In this document: piece by piece, positions 30,231-42,002 of the stretch
Layout of the letters: each line of letters starts with the position of its first letter
Numbering within the stretch: the first letter of the stretch is position 1
Assembly (NCBI RefSeq): GCF_009914755.1
Contig: NC_060926.1
From: the human T2T-CHM13v2.0 reference genome, Homo sapiens
DNA: 64,000 nt
Strand: one strand, 5' to 3'
Translations under genes and position numbers: made by a program
The notes under the pieces: model-generated
Database searches by the model: none
The model's input: only the letters and a program-made list of their open reading frames with translations
Told to the model about the DNA's origin: nothing

Positions 30231-32286
30231 AGAATGTTTGAAAAATGCACTTTAAGATTAAAAATACAAAACAGGTTTTCCTCCTTCCTAAGTATTATAA
30301 GATATTTTTATCACATTTATGACTTTTAGCAAGTTAATTAGAACAAAGAATAAGTTATATGATGTTATAATTAAATAATTGTGCATTTACAAGCTGACTT
30401 GTCTGAAGTCTCCTAAATATACATAATAGTAGAATTTGGTTTCAATAAATAATAGTCAAAGCAAATTTGCAGACAACCCAGTTTCATCTTTTCTTCCGAC
30501 GTTGGATCTTTTAGCATCCCTAAAGATCGGTAGGATTTATAGTTGAATACCCAACTCTGCTATGCTTGAGAGAACACTGGCTCCACTCAGGAGAAGGGTG
30601 CTACAGAACTGGGGATCAATCTCTTACGGTCTCAGAACCAGAAACTCCAGACACTGAGATGCAGAGTGGCTGTGAGTAAAGAGGCCAGAATGATTCTTGA
30701 TGAGGAGCTGGGAACCTGTAAAGGAATAAAATTATACAAGAGGGTACTCTTGAGTATCAGGGTCTTGCAGATTAATTATCCGGAGCCTCTTTCTTTAGTG
30801 CTATTTTACAGCACCTCTGTGCTAGGTACGGTGCCTACAGCACCTTAAAAATAATGCTGGGTTCTCGTAGTGACTGTTTATTTACTGTGTTCTAATACCT
30901 GAGCAAGAAATCGCAAGGAGCAGAAGAATGATGTTTATACTAAACTCCAGTTTGCTGTTATCAAAAATATGGCCTATCCCATAAGTCAGGAAAATACATT
31001 ATTTAAAAAAAAACTATTTATATCAAATGCAATTTGCTGTATGGGAAAAGTCTTTTTTCCAATCTTTATCATTTCTGAATGTATAGTGCTGACTGTGGAA
31101 ACAGAGAATGGTGTGACACCCCAGGATAGAGCCCCAGGAAGGAAGATCTTAATCAACGTTACACTCTCTGTGAAAGACTTAAAACCCAGAAATACAATAC
31201 ATTTTTTTCTTCCTTCCTTACTCTCTATTTTTTTTTCCATTTCTAGGCATTCTGTATTTTTCAGCAAGGGTGGTTGTGTTTCGAAGTGTGTGTCAGGAAA
31301 GCTTAGCTTCAGTCCACATGGTCTTCTGTGTTCCTGCTAAAACCTTGCTTGTATTTTTCTGCAATGCCTAAATAGAAAGTGCTCGTTCAAATCTTATTCA
31401 ACTTCCTAGAAATAAAATATGAAAGTGGTGAGAGCTCAGTGCTCTCTGCTATCCAATGCAAATGTATGCAAATTTCTTCATATTAGAATCATTGTCTAGT
31501 TGTCATCCTCGCACGGGGCACATCAAAGCCATACGACCTGATTTTTGCACCTGCTGTTTAATTAAATTTACAAGGCAGACACACTCCCCACTCCCCGTGA
31601 TATACAAATCCGTTTTTACAACCACAGATTCTAATTTACAAGCCAGTTGACTGCTGAGTTTCCCCATCAATAGCTGCCCAACTGCCCTTTGTTATACTAA
31701 GGATTAAAAAAGGAAGAAAATGGTGATTATTTGGGGAGATGTATTAACAGAAAATGCTAAAAGTACTTTCTCTGTCTTATCCAATTCCAGATTTTTTTAA
31801 AAGCTTTATTGATGTATAATTGAAAAACAACAAATTGCACATATTTAATATATACATTTGATGAGTTGGGACATATGTATACACCTGTGATATTTTTCTT
31901 CTAAAGACACAAAGGAAGATATGAATCAAGGTACTCAACATCACTGGAAATAGCATTTTTGCTTGCGTTGATTTTCCCCTAATCTTCATGAAAAGCACAA
32001 AACTTCAACCTTTTCTGCAGTTTGATGCTTTCAGTTATTTAGTATTTCGGGGAGGAAAAAGCAGTCTGTAAGAGAGCAAGGCCAGGGTGGTTTTAGGAAG
32101 GCTATAATAAGGTATAGGTGTTTTCTGAAAGATATTTGTTGTTTGAAAATTATGTACTGTGAAATTCTCCCTCGGCTTCTATCCACAAGGGATTTTGAGT
32201 CTTCAAATTGTATGTATCTCCACAAATGGTGAAAGAAAATAGTCGAGCCTGATTCTCACTCTTTTATGTGATTATTTTTTTCTTAG

Positions 32287-32379
32287 GCCATCATGGTGTT
32301 CTTCTCCTTCTTTACGAGCCGATGCACAGACGTGTATTTGATCTCCCTAAGAGACGGCTCAGAAGAAAAGCCAGCAAAG
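32287..32379 (+). other. Candidate 93-nt exon
   Basis: Pyrimidine tract plus ttcttAG acceptor, AAG|GTattt donor, open frame, GCCATCATGG Kozak-like ATG at 32293. No transcript evidence. Confidence 0.25.
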
Positions 32380-32635
32380 GTATTTTAAGAGAAGTCTAGG
32401 GCGGATGAAAAAATACTTCTTTGTCTCTCTCTACTAATTCATCCGGTCTAAGGACTTACGTGGAAAAATAATGCCTTTTCAGTTACTGTAGAGAAAATAA
32501 TTTAATGAAAGTAATATTTTGTTCATATTCACCCTGATACTCTGAAATCTTGAAGACCCTCAAAAAACATGATTTTTATGAAATGCTTAAAACATGTTAT
32601 CGTCTAATAATGAAAAGTGAACTTCTGAGGGCCCA

Positions 32636-32649
32636 CCAATAGGTGGCGC
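32636..32649 (+). promoter_or_regulatory. CTCF core motif candidate
   Basis: CCAATAGGTGGCGC vs consensus CCASYAGRKGGCRS (1 mismatch). Confidence 0.45.
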
Positions 32650-34094
32650 AACACATTCACCGAACCAAGTAACACTGCAGACGAGTTTGGAAGAAGCCTC
32701 ATAAATTAAAGCCTTGTGCTGCAACTAACTGTGAGACATATGGGTTGAGTCCCAGGCCTGCCCAAGAATAACTTTGAAGAAAATTTTGTTTTCTGGCAAT
32801 ACAGATGCTAACACACCACAGAACCTTTAAAAAGAATAAATATGTAGATGGTTCATAGCTTTCAGAATAATTTAACCTTCCCCCCCCCAAAGTTAAGATA
32901 GCATCACAAGAATAAAATAATGTAAGCACTGTTTTTTCTGTTTTGGAAAACAAGTTGGTGGCTCTGATGCTCTCAGGAATTATTTGTCAATTACTTTTTA
33001 TTTAATAAGGTTTTATTTTATTAGTCCCAAAGGGAGAGGAAAACAGTGACTTTATCTTGAAATGAGCTAATCCTTGATGCATAAATAATATTTAAACAAA
33101 GAGTTCTATGTAGGAAAGTGTCACCGCCTAAATTTGGAATTGCCTAAATTTGTTTCTTTGTTCTGTGATATGACCTGCGTGTACTCAAAGGTTTCCCACT
33201 TGAGAATCAAACATACTTCTTACAAAATTCTCCATTCTATCATGGAAGAGGCCAGTCATCACACTAGAAGAGATGTCACAGCTTCTGAAAATCAGGATTT
33301 ACAAAGCAATTAATTTTTGCTAAAAGTTGAAGCTATATTTTTAAGATAATAGCATGTAAATTATAAGTAAACCTTTCACCTTAAAACTTAGGTTTTATTT
33401 AAAAACGGACTGTTTACAAAAGTCTTGGAGTCAGAGTGTGATTGTTGGATGTCGTGCTGGTTGACATTACTCTTGATATATGGACCCGCTCAGCTAAGGG
33501 TAGAAACTTAGAGAAATGCAAGCAAAACACATGGAGTTGTTCATAAAAGAATAGTGATGAATATAAATGTCAGGTTCCATTGACTAATACAACATTTCTG
33601 CAAAGGGAAGGGCGCTAGAAAGAACTTAGGATAAAATCAGCTCTGAAACAGATTTATTTGTTGCCTTAGAAAGACAGAGAAGGACAGAAAAAAAAAGGTT
33701 TTTATTTATCCTTACACCCAATAGAATCAGTGCATTTTGCTGCCCTGAAATTCTACTCAGTAGCTGAATAGATTGAATAAGACCATCTCTAGTATGTTTC
33801 AGTATATAAACAAGTAGTGTTTCTGCAAAGAAAACATTTGCAAGTGATTTATAAGATGAAATGAAACTATTATGGTTAGTTATTGTTTTTGTTTCAATAT
33901 CTTCTCAAATGCAAAAGGAAAAAATGGAAACCAAAATTTAGGCTTACTTTGTGCTGGGTGTGATATTAGTCATTAATTTGTGACAGACAGATATAAAATT
34001 GAGGAAAGGCTAAAAAATATGTAACCCTCAACCCCAGAGCAGGGATTACAATTATAAATCACTTTTAATTACTAGATTTTGATGTCCTTAACAT

Positions 34095-34412
34095 TGTTTT
34101 TATTTATTTATTTATTTATTTTTGAGACAGGGTCTCACTCTCTCACCCAGGCTGGAGTGCAGTGACATGATCTGGACTCACTGCGACCTCCACCGCCTGG
34201 GTTCAAGTGATCCTCCCACCTCACCCTTCTGGGTAGCTGTGACCACAGATGTGTGCCAACGTGCCTGGCTAAGTTTTTTTATTTTTTATTTTTAGTAGAG
34301 GCGGAGTTTCACGAAGTTGCCCAGGCTGGTCTTGAACTCCTGAGCTCAAGTGATCCACCTGCCTCAGCCTCCCAAAGTGCTGATATTACAGGTGTGAGCC
34401 ACCGAGCCCAGC
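34095..34412 (-). mobile_element. AluJ
   Basis: gagacagggtctcactct...ctcctgagctcaagtgatcc; (TTTA)n tail. Confidence 0.88.
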
Positions 34413-37043
34413 ACAAACATTACATTTTGTATTTCTTGTGCCAAGCACCAAGCCTGAAACAATAAAAAATCATTAGTATGTTCATTGTCCCTGCTATTTT
34501 ATTTTTATTCATTATATTTTGGTTGATGAAAGAAATGATGTGATTTCTAGGTCCTAATCACTGTGGGGGTGTGGGTGTTAGGGAAGAGGCTGACAGGGAA
34601 AACGTGGCCCTTTTTTTTCTTATGGAGCTAATACTTTAATTGTAGACAGATGTATACACGTGTAATGCTGACAAAGTCAACTGTCCTTAGCTGTTTGATC
34701 ATCATTTTTTTTTCATTTGCGAAGTGGAGCTATTATAAAAGAACTTCTGCACACAGTTGGGAGGAGTAAATAAAACAGGATCCAGCTCACAGTGTGCCTC
34801 CACTGAACTCCCGTGGATGAGGCATCACCACATGTGGGGACATCCCAGCTGCTCTGTGCAACTATCTCACCACCTCCCTGAGTCACCATGGCAGCCTGAT
34901 GGGGTGCCACCAATATCAGCTCCATTTTACAGATGAGGACAGGAGGACTCCTTCTTATGTTTCCTTGTATTCACTATATAAGTCGTATTGACAGTGTTCA
35001 CCAACTGTCCATGCCTCTTCAGATTCCAAGCTCCTTCCCACAGCAGACCAGGCCCTACTCATATGGCCAACCCCATCCTGCCATCGCCCCTGCAATCTGT
35101 GCCCCAGCCACAGAACATCTTCCGTTCTGACCGGCTGGTGCTCTCTTATCTTTCAGAACATGCCTGTCCTTCAGGCATGCTCTCTTAGGGGATAGAAGCT
35201 TCTCTGAATCCATCCCTTTCCATCTTGGTTTAGTACAGATAAGTCATCCCCTTGTGGCTAGCTGCTATGGCCAAGCAGAGAGGACAGTACACCATGTTCG
35301 CAGTCCATCAGCAAGGACGGCCATGAGACACGGAGGAATCCGTGAATAGCTAAGCTTGTGGCAGGCGTGAGTGCAGGCTACAGCGTGGCCAGGAAAATTG
35401 ATGCACTGCACTGTGCCAGAGGCATGCTGCTCTCCACACCAATCAACACGGGAGGACACGCAAGGAAGGACTCCCAGGGGTTCAGGCACACAGCTGGGCT
35501 TCCTTTGTGCCTCCTCTCCTGTGGAATTCATCTTCATAACCCTAACTAAGGGGATGCTCAAACACAATAGCATAAAGTTCCAGAAACTCAGATGCAACAG
35601 AAAGGAAGGCAGTGGAAACCCCGATATTTTGTTGTTGTTGTTTATTCAGCACAAGGCATGATTACCTGGTATTTGGTGTGACAATGTATGAAAAGGCCTC
35701 TTACATCATCAAAATGGGATACAAACCCTTGCTGTGTCTTTAACTAACTAAGGAAGTCACTTGCAAACTTTACCACAACATTGCCTCAACCATAAAGTGA
35801 GATGATAGCTGTCCATCCAACTTCCTAGGATGTTGGGAAATCTGCTCGGGCAAGACCTGCTAAAGCTCCTTGTAGACTACAACTTGGGGAGCAAATATCA
35901 GCGATTATGATGAGGCTGACTCGGACTCCACCCTGTGGGATGTAATCACTGAAAGTGGCAGACACCTTCTTATCATAGTTCCCCGGCGATACTCAGCAGA
36001 GAACACATTATAGTGATTCCCAGAAAATACACGTTTGGCTTTTTAGGCAGAGTCAAGCCAATTGGCTGTGAGATCATTCAGAAGGATGAGGAAACTCCTC
36101 CATCTGTGCAGGCTCTATGGGCAGTCATGGAGTGGGGAGCTTCCTGTTTCCAAGGCACTGGCCAAGACTGCTTCTCTGGGAAGGGGAGACTAAAAGGCTG
36201 GTGCCCCCGTTGTCAGCTGGGGACAAGCAGGAAACTTCATTGCTTTTGGCTCCATCCAGCTGCTGCAAAGTCAGCCTCACGGACAGCGGTGATGACCCTG
36301 GGTTATAGCTCACAAGTGACATGTTCACCCATCAGCACCAGGTCTGCTGTAAAATAATGAGGGGTGTTTCTACACTCAGGACTTTTCGAATTTCCCCAAA
36401 TCCTTCTGCAATGGAATCTTCTTTTGCTCTTGACATACACGTGCTTGTGAGGTGAGCTGCGAGCTGAAACACGGGTCCTAGCTAGAGCCTAGATGCAAAT
36501 CTCTGCTCCATTCTTTAGTCATAATCCTACAACATTTAGTTCAATGTTTGGAGACTCAGCATCTTTACATCAAAATGGATGGTAAGAGCTACACAGTGGG
36601 TGTGATATGAAGATTGAATCAGACTACAAATGACCCCTGGTCCATGCCCGGCCTGTAACGGGGCCATTTGTAGTTTCTGCCGTCTGAGCTCCCGTGAGAG
36701 AAACCACTATCTTCCGTGTCTTCATGGACTAGGTACCTGCTAACCTACGCTAGACGCCCAAGTCATCTTCATTAAATAGCTGCACTTAGTCTCATGTAAG
36801 AAGGCAGCTTCTGGCTGCTTCTCTGCCGGGTAAGTTACAGAACATAGGACCTTGGAAAAGATCGTTCAGTCTGTGGTTAAAGGATGCTTCTAATGGGCTG
36901 TCTAGGAAAGTGATTAGAGCGTGTTTTGGGGTCATACAACCTGAATCAAATCCCAGGTCCTCTGCCTGCTATTCTGTAACCTTAATAGATGTTAAGTATG
37001 AGCCACAGTGTCAGGAGCCTATGACGCAGTGCATCCTAAGTGC

Positions 37044-37100
37044 TGAGTGGCACAGGGGATGTGAGTGGCACAGGGGATGATGTGAGTGGCACAGGGGATG
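37044..37100. repeat. 3 x 18-bp tandem repeat tgagtggcacaggggatg
   Basis: Seen directly, with a 3-bp atg insert before copy 3. Confidence 0.92.
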
Positions 37101-39000
37101 TACTCTACAAACGCGGGCGGTTCCTGCTGCATTACTGAGTCTGCACTGGTAACCACAATGCTGAACTCACGGGCTGTGCTCCAAGTGCTATAGCAAGGCA
37201 CCAGGCTCCATGTTGATGAGGCCTGTGTCTCACTCACTTTCTACTCGCAGACGCCTGTGGAGTCATTGAGCCTGCATTGCATTTTGACCTCAATGTTCTA
37301 CTTAGTGCAAGAGTCCTGGCTGCAGGGCCCGTGGAAAGGATAACTTGGCCTCCTTAGAAGCCTTGCCAGGCAGTCACGGAACTCACCGCCTCACAGTGCT
37401 GTTGATTTCATCCAGTAAAACTTCCCTTTTGGAGAGTCTGTTTTTTATTTTATGAAGAAATCTTTATCCTCTCTCCAAATCAGTGCGTTTACTGACTTCT
37501 AGGGAAAAACAGAATTCTCCCTCCACCATATGACGGTCTTTGAGCATCTCAATGATTTCCTTTGGTTAAATACATTGCGGTGCATTTTATTGTCATTATT
37601 TTGAATATGCAAAGTCCTCTCTTCCCCCTGTCCCTGCTCCCCAGTTAGCATGTGTGTATTTAGACACAGAAAACTGGCCCCACTGTTAAGGATGAAATAA
37701 AAAGAGGAAGACAGCAGAGAAACTTCAGCTTTGCAATTCGAGCCTGGCCACTGCATGGTTCCAACCAGTCCCCATGGCCCTACGCTGCATCAGGCCACTT
37801 CATCTGCTGACAGCTGGGGAAGCTCCAGGTAGCAGATCTCCGTGCTTCCTCCCACTCCCACCGCCTCTCTGCCCAATCCCGTCTGTGGGAGCAGAGCCAC
37901 ACCAGCCAACTGCAGAGCTGACAGGCCTCAGGGGCCGGGGCAGTGGAGGTTTCAGAAGCCCACTGTCGTGTGTGCCATCATTAAAGCACTCTCTGTTGGC
38001 TGTCTCTAAAGAATCTTCTTTTGGAAAGGTGTAAACATGTTGGCCCATCAGAGGAAGCCATAAATCTCCCTGTATACATAGCAATACAGTTGCACCAAAC
38101 GGAAGAAGAGCTCTTGCCAATCTCATGTTTCATTTCAACCTGGCCATCTGGGTTCAGACAGAACTTGGGCTAACAAGCTGTATACACCCACAGCAAAGAA
38201 GCATTCCACTGAATCTTCCAAGGCTACTAAATTTTTCATGCCAACATTTTTCAGTACACTATGATGGCAGCTACCCCTTCCCCTAATTTCTCCCCAAATT
38301 TAGCCCTAAAGACTTGCTATGGAATCTTCTTATGCAGATAATGAGAGCTAAGTCTACTGAGAGTCATGCAAAAAAAAAAAAAAAAAAAAAGTGGCCAGAG
38401 TTCTTACCAAGAATATAGGCCAGAAGACCCCGCGTTGAGTTTACATGCTCTGATGCAGCAGCTGAGCAGGAGGCCGTTCTGATCTTCAGATAAACTCTCG
38501 GGTCGTTCCAGCATCAGGATAGCATCAGATTCTGTTTAAACTTTACTGGCTAAATTAATCCAGGGTCAATCATTGATGAGGCAGGTTCTACAGTGCTAAA
38601 TAAATCTCAAGAATATGATAGTAACCAACTTATATTCAGCGTTGAGGGTTCTTTATCTCAGATAAAATCCTACACTAGGCCGGTCTCAAGCCAGTGGTAG
38701 GTGCCTCAGTGGGGCCATGGCCCCTCTGAATCCAAGCTTGCCCATGTGACCCCATCTGCTGCTGAGAGCAAATGTTCATCTGGCATGCTGGAGGTGCAGC
38801 TTCAGAGGGCTTCCTGTGGGCTCGGATTACAGAAGACAGGTATAGAATATTTATATTGGTTCATTCAGCCTCCCAAGCAACTTTCTGAAGCAACCATCTA
38901 TCATCCATCAAATAGATGCTAGTTCTGTGGGGTTTATAAAGAACTATAACAATGGTTAAGTTCAAATAATACAGCTGGAATATGCACATCTACTTGTTAA

Positions 39001-39133
39001 CCCATTTATGCTGGAGGGTGCACTTTTTTTGTGTGTGTGAAAAATCAGACCTTGGTGATGACCTTGAGCAGTATGACATAAATAACTCCCACAAGCTTAG
39101 CGTTCCAATAATGGAACGCTAAGCATAAGTGGG
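39001..39133 (-). mobile_element. MER85 (non-autonomous piggyBac, PGBD3-related)
   Basis: TTAA TSDs (38997-39000, 39134-39137); TIRs cccatttatgc / gcataagtggg; internal gttccaataatggaac palindrome. Confidence 0.93.
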
Positions 39134-40269
39134 TTAAAACCGTGCAAGGCAGGATGTTTTAACCAGATAACAACCAGCACAGAACCCTTGCTCAGAGTTC
39201 AGAGGAGGAGAGAGAGGTCTGTGATCCAGCAAGCAAAGAAGGGCTCATGGGGTGAGCCATGTGCATTAAGTCCTAAGGGAGGAATCTGAATAGAGGCCAG
39301 AGTGAGAAGCTCCTCAAAGAGCTAGGGTGTGGTCCTCTGCCCTGCTTCCCTGAATCCCTCAGAGCTGAAGGAGGTGAGCCAGGGCTTTAGCTGTTCTCTC
39401 TGGAGCTGTCTTGTTGCCTTGCTTTCAATTGCGAGTGCTTGAAGATTAAGCTAATGAGCTTTCCTGCTGAGGGCGGTGGGGAGCCAATGCCTCTGCCCTG
39501 GCACCCAGCCCTGGTTATTTTTCTTTTAAATAAAGGAACAGGCTGTCTAACATCAGGTGGAGACCTAGGTGCCTTGCACAGTCTCAGGTTGGAGAACATC
39601 TTTGCCTCGGGTGACAGATGGGCACATCATACTTCATCTCCCAGACCTCTGGACCCAGCCACACTGCACATATGACACTCGAGTTGGTGACACTCTGTCA
39701 TCCATTCCCATTAATGTATGATAGAACTCAATCAGTCCAGCTGCCAGGGCAGCATCAGAGCGGAGTAGCAGGAAGCAAAGAAAACCACTTGGACCCCTGC
39801 ATGACCTGCATTCTTTTCCTCCCAGGCCATACTTCAGTAAGGATTTCTTGCCAGCATAGCAATATTTTGAATTCCCAGTTGATGATGAGGTTTTGAGTTG
39901 ACCATGCAATGCCATTTATCAAACCCCTGCTCCTCTTTGGAATGCTGGCAGGCATGCTACATATTGACTGTGAAGCCCCAGCAAAGCACAACTCTGTTTT
40001 TGTTCAATGCTACTAAATTTGAAGGAGGTGTGTTTGTGGGTGAGTGTAAGTTTTGAAGGAAAACATTTCCTATTTTTGTATGGTTCTGCATGTCAGGTTT
40101 TTCTTCACCATTCTGTTGTTTATTGTGCTCTTTTCATTTTTTTTTGTGCTTTGTTTTGTATCTTGTTGCATTGCAATTGAGACTGACGTCAATTTTAAGA
40201 CTCTAGAATTATGTCTTTATGGTAGACTTGCAAAAAAAACGTGACAAGGTTATTGGCACAAGAAGAGAC

Positions 40270-40688
40270 TGTGGCCTAATACCACTGACAGACCATCTCA
40301 CCCATGCTCTCCCTTACTTCTTAGTAACAGGACTAATTTTATTATGTGCCTGTCTACACCCTGCATTTCCCAGCTTTTCTTTAAGCTCAGTATAGCCGTG
40401 ATGCTCAGCTGTGACTAATGAGCTATAAATGTGTATTACATATGACTTTGGGGCAGCACCTTAAGATGGAGTGGGTGAGCCATATTCTCCTTCTATCCAG
40501 TCCCATATGAGAATGTGCTGCTGGGACCAGGAGGATGAGGACAGTACCTTAGCGATGGCAGAGTGGCAACCTGGGGGCATGTGGTCCTTGAAGACGTTGA
40601 GGAACCACCCTGATTAAATCTTGTGGTTTATGCCACCATTGCTTAGGTTTTCTGTTACATGCAACAAAAATTAATCCCAGCTGCTATG
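40270..40688 (+). mobile_element. Old MLT1 (J/K-like) LTR
   Basis: ctgcatttcccagc...; end ggttttctgttacatgcaac...aatcc. Confidence 0.55.
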
Positions 40689-41078
40689 TCAATAACATTC
40701 CAAAGTTACCTTTACTTTACTGACAAAGTTTTCTTCATCCCCTACTCATGAAATACCTGTCCATTACATAAAGTAACCAGTGGTTCTCTCACTCCTCTTA
40801 GGATGATGACAGCCCCACTGTGACAGGGGCTCCTCTGAAGCACTGCTCTCTCTTCTTCCCCCTCGTTCTCCATCCGTCTCGGCCTTCATTCCTTCCAATA
40901 TCCATCCAGTGCTTCCCATGTACCATACACTGCACCGGAAGGTGATCCTTGCACCTACGGAATTTTAACTTGGTGGAGAGAAAAGACAGAAGCATTTACA
41001 AATCTGGCAAAAGTCACAAAGAGTAGTATGAGATTTCATGTTCAGAGGTCTCCCCGAGGCTGACACAATGGAATTGAG

Positions 41079-41471
41079 TGATATGGTTTGGATATTTGTC
41101 TCTGCTCCAATCTCCTGTTGAAATGTGATCTTCAATGTTGGAGGCGGGGCCTGCTGGGAGGAATTTGGGTCACAGGGGACAGATCCCTCATGGCTTGGTG
41201 CTGTCCTCACAGTAGTGAGTGAGTTCTCTGAGATCTGGTTGTTTGAAAGTGTGTGGCACCTCCCCACTCTCTCTCTTGCTCTCGCTCTCCCCATGTGATA
41301 ACTTGGCTCCCCACTTTGTCTTCCACTATGATTGGAAGCTCCTTGAAGCCTCCTCAGAAGCTGAGCAGATGCCAGCACCTCACTGCCTGTACAGCCTTCA
41401 GGACTGGGAGTCCATTAAATCTCTTTTCTATAAGGTATTTCCTTATAGCAATGCAAGAATAACCTCATACA
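41079..41471 (+). mobile_element. MSTB-like MaLR solo LTR
   Basis: tgatatggtttggatatttgtc...gatccctcatggcttggtgctgtcctc...agcaatgcaagaat..cataca. Confidence 0.85.
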
Positions 41472-41638
41472 AGGAGACTGAAAAGATAAGTAGGAATCAG
41501 CTGGAGGAAGAAAGGGTAGAGAAGCTTCACATGGAATGTTTGTCACAGGTAAAGGCCCTGAAATAGAGAGAAATGGAGAGAAAGCCACAGCGGGCCTGAA
41601 GCACAGCCGGTGTGGCCCAGAAAAGAAATAAAGTGTGA

Positions 41639-41958
41639 GCTGGGCATGGTGGCTCATACCTGTAATCCAGCACTTTGGGAGGCCAAGTGTAGGAGGATCA
41701 CCTGAGCCCAGGAGTTCAAGACTGGCCTGGGCAACATGGTGAAACCCTGTCTCTACAAAAAAATACTATGTATATATATATATCTCTAAAGCTGGGCATG
41801 GTGGTGTGTGGCTGTAGTCCTAGCTACTCAGGAGGCCAAGGCTGGAGCATCACTTGAGCTCACGAGGTCAAGGCTACAGTGAGCCATGATTACACCACTG
41901 CACTCCAGCCTGGGCAACTGAGCAAGACCCTGTCTCAAAAATAAATAAATAAATAAAT
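41639..41958 (+). mobile_element. AluJ
   Basis: ggatcacctgagcccaggagttcaagac...gaggtcaaggctacagtgagccatgat; (AAAT)n tail. Confidence 0.88.
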
Positions 41959-42002
41959 TGTGTGTGTGTGTGTGTGCGCGCGCGTGTGAGAGAGAGAGAG
42001 AG
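41959..42002. repeat. (TG)n(CG)n(TG)(AG)n compound microsatellite
   Basis: Seen directly. Confidence 0.95.
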
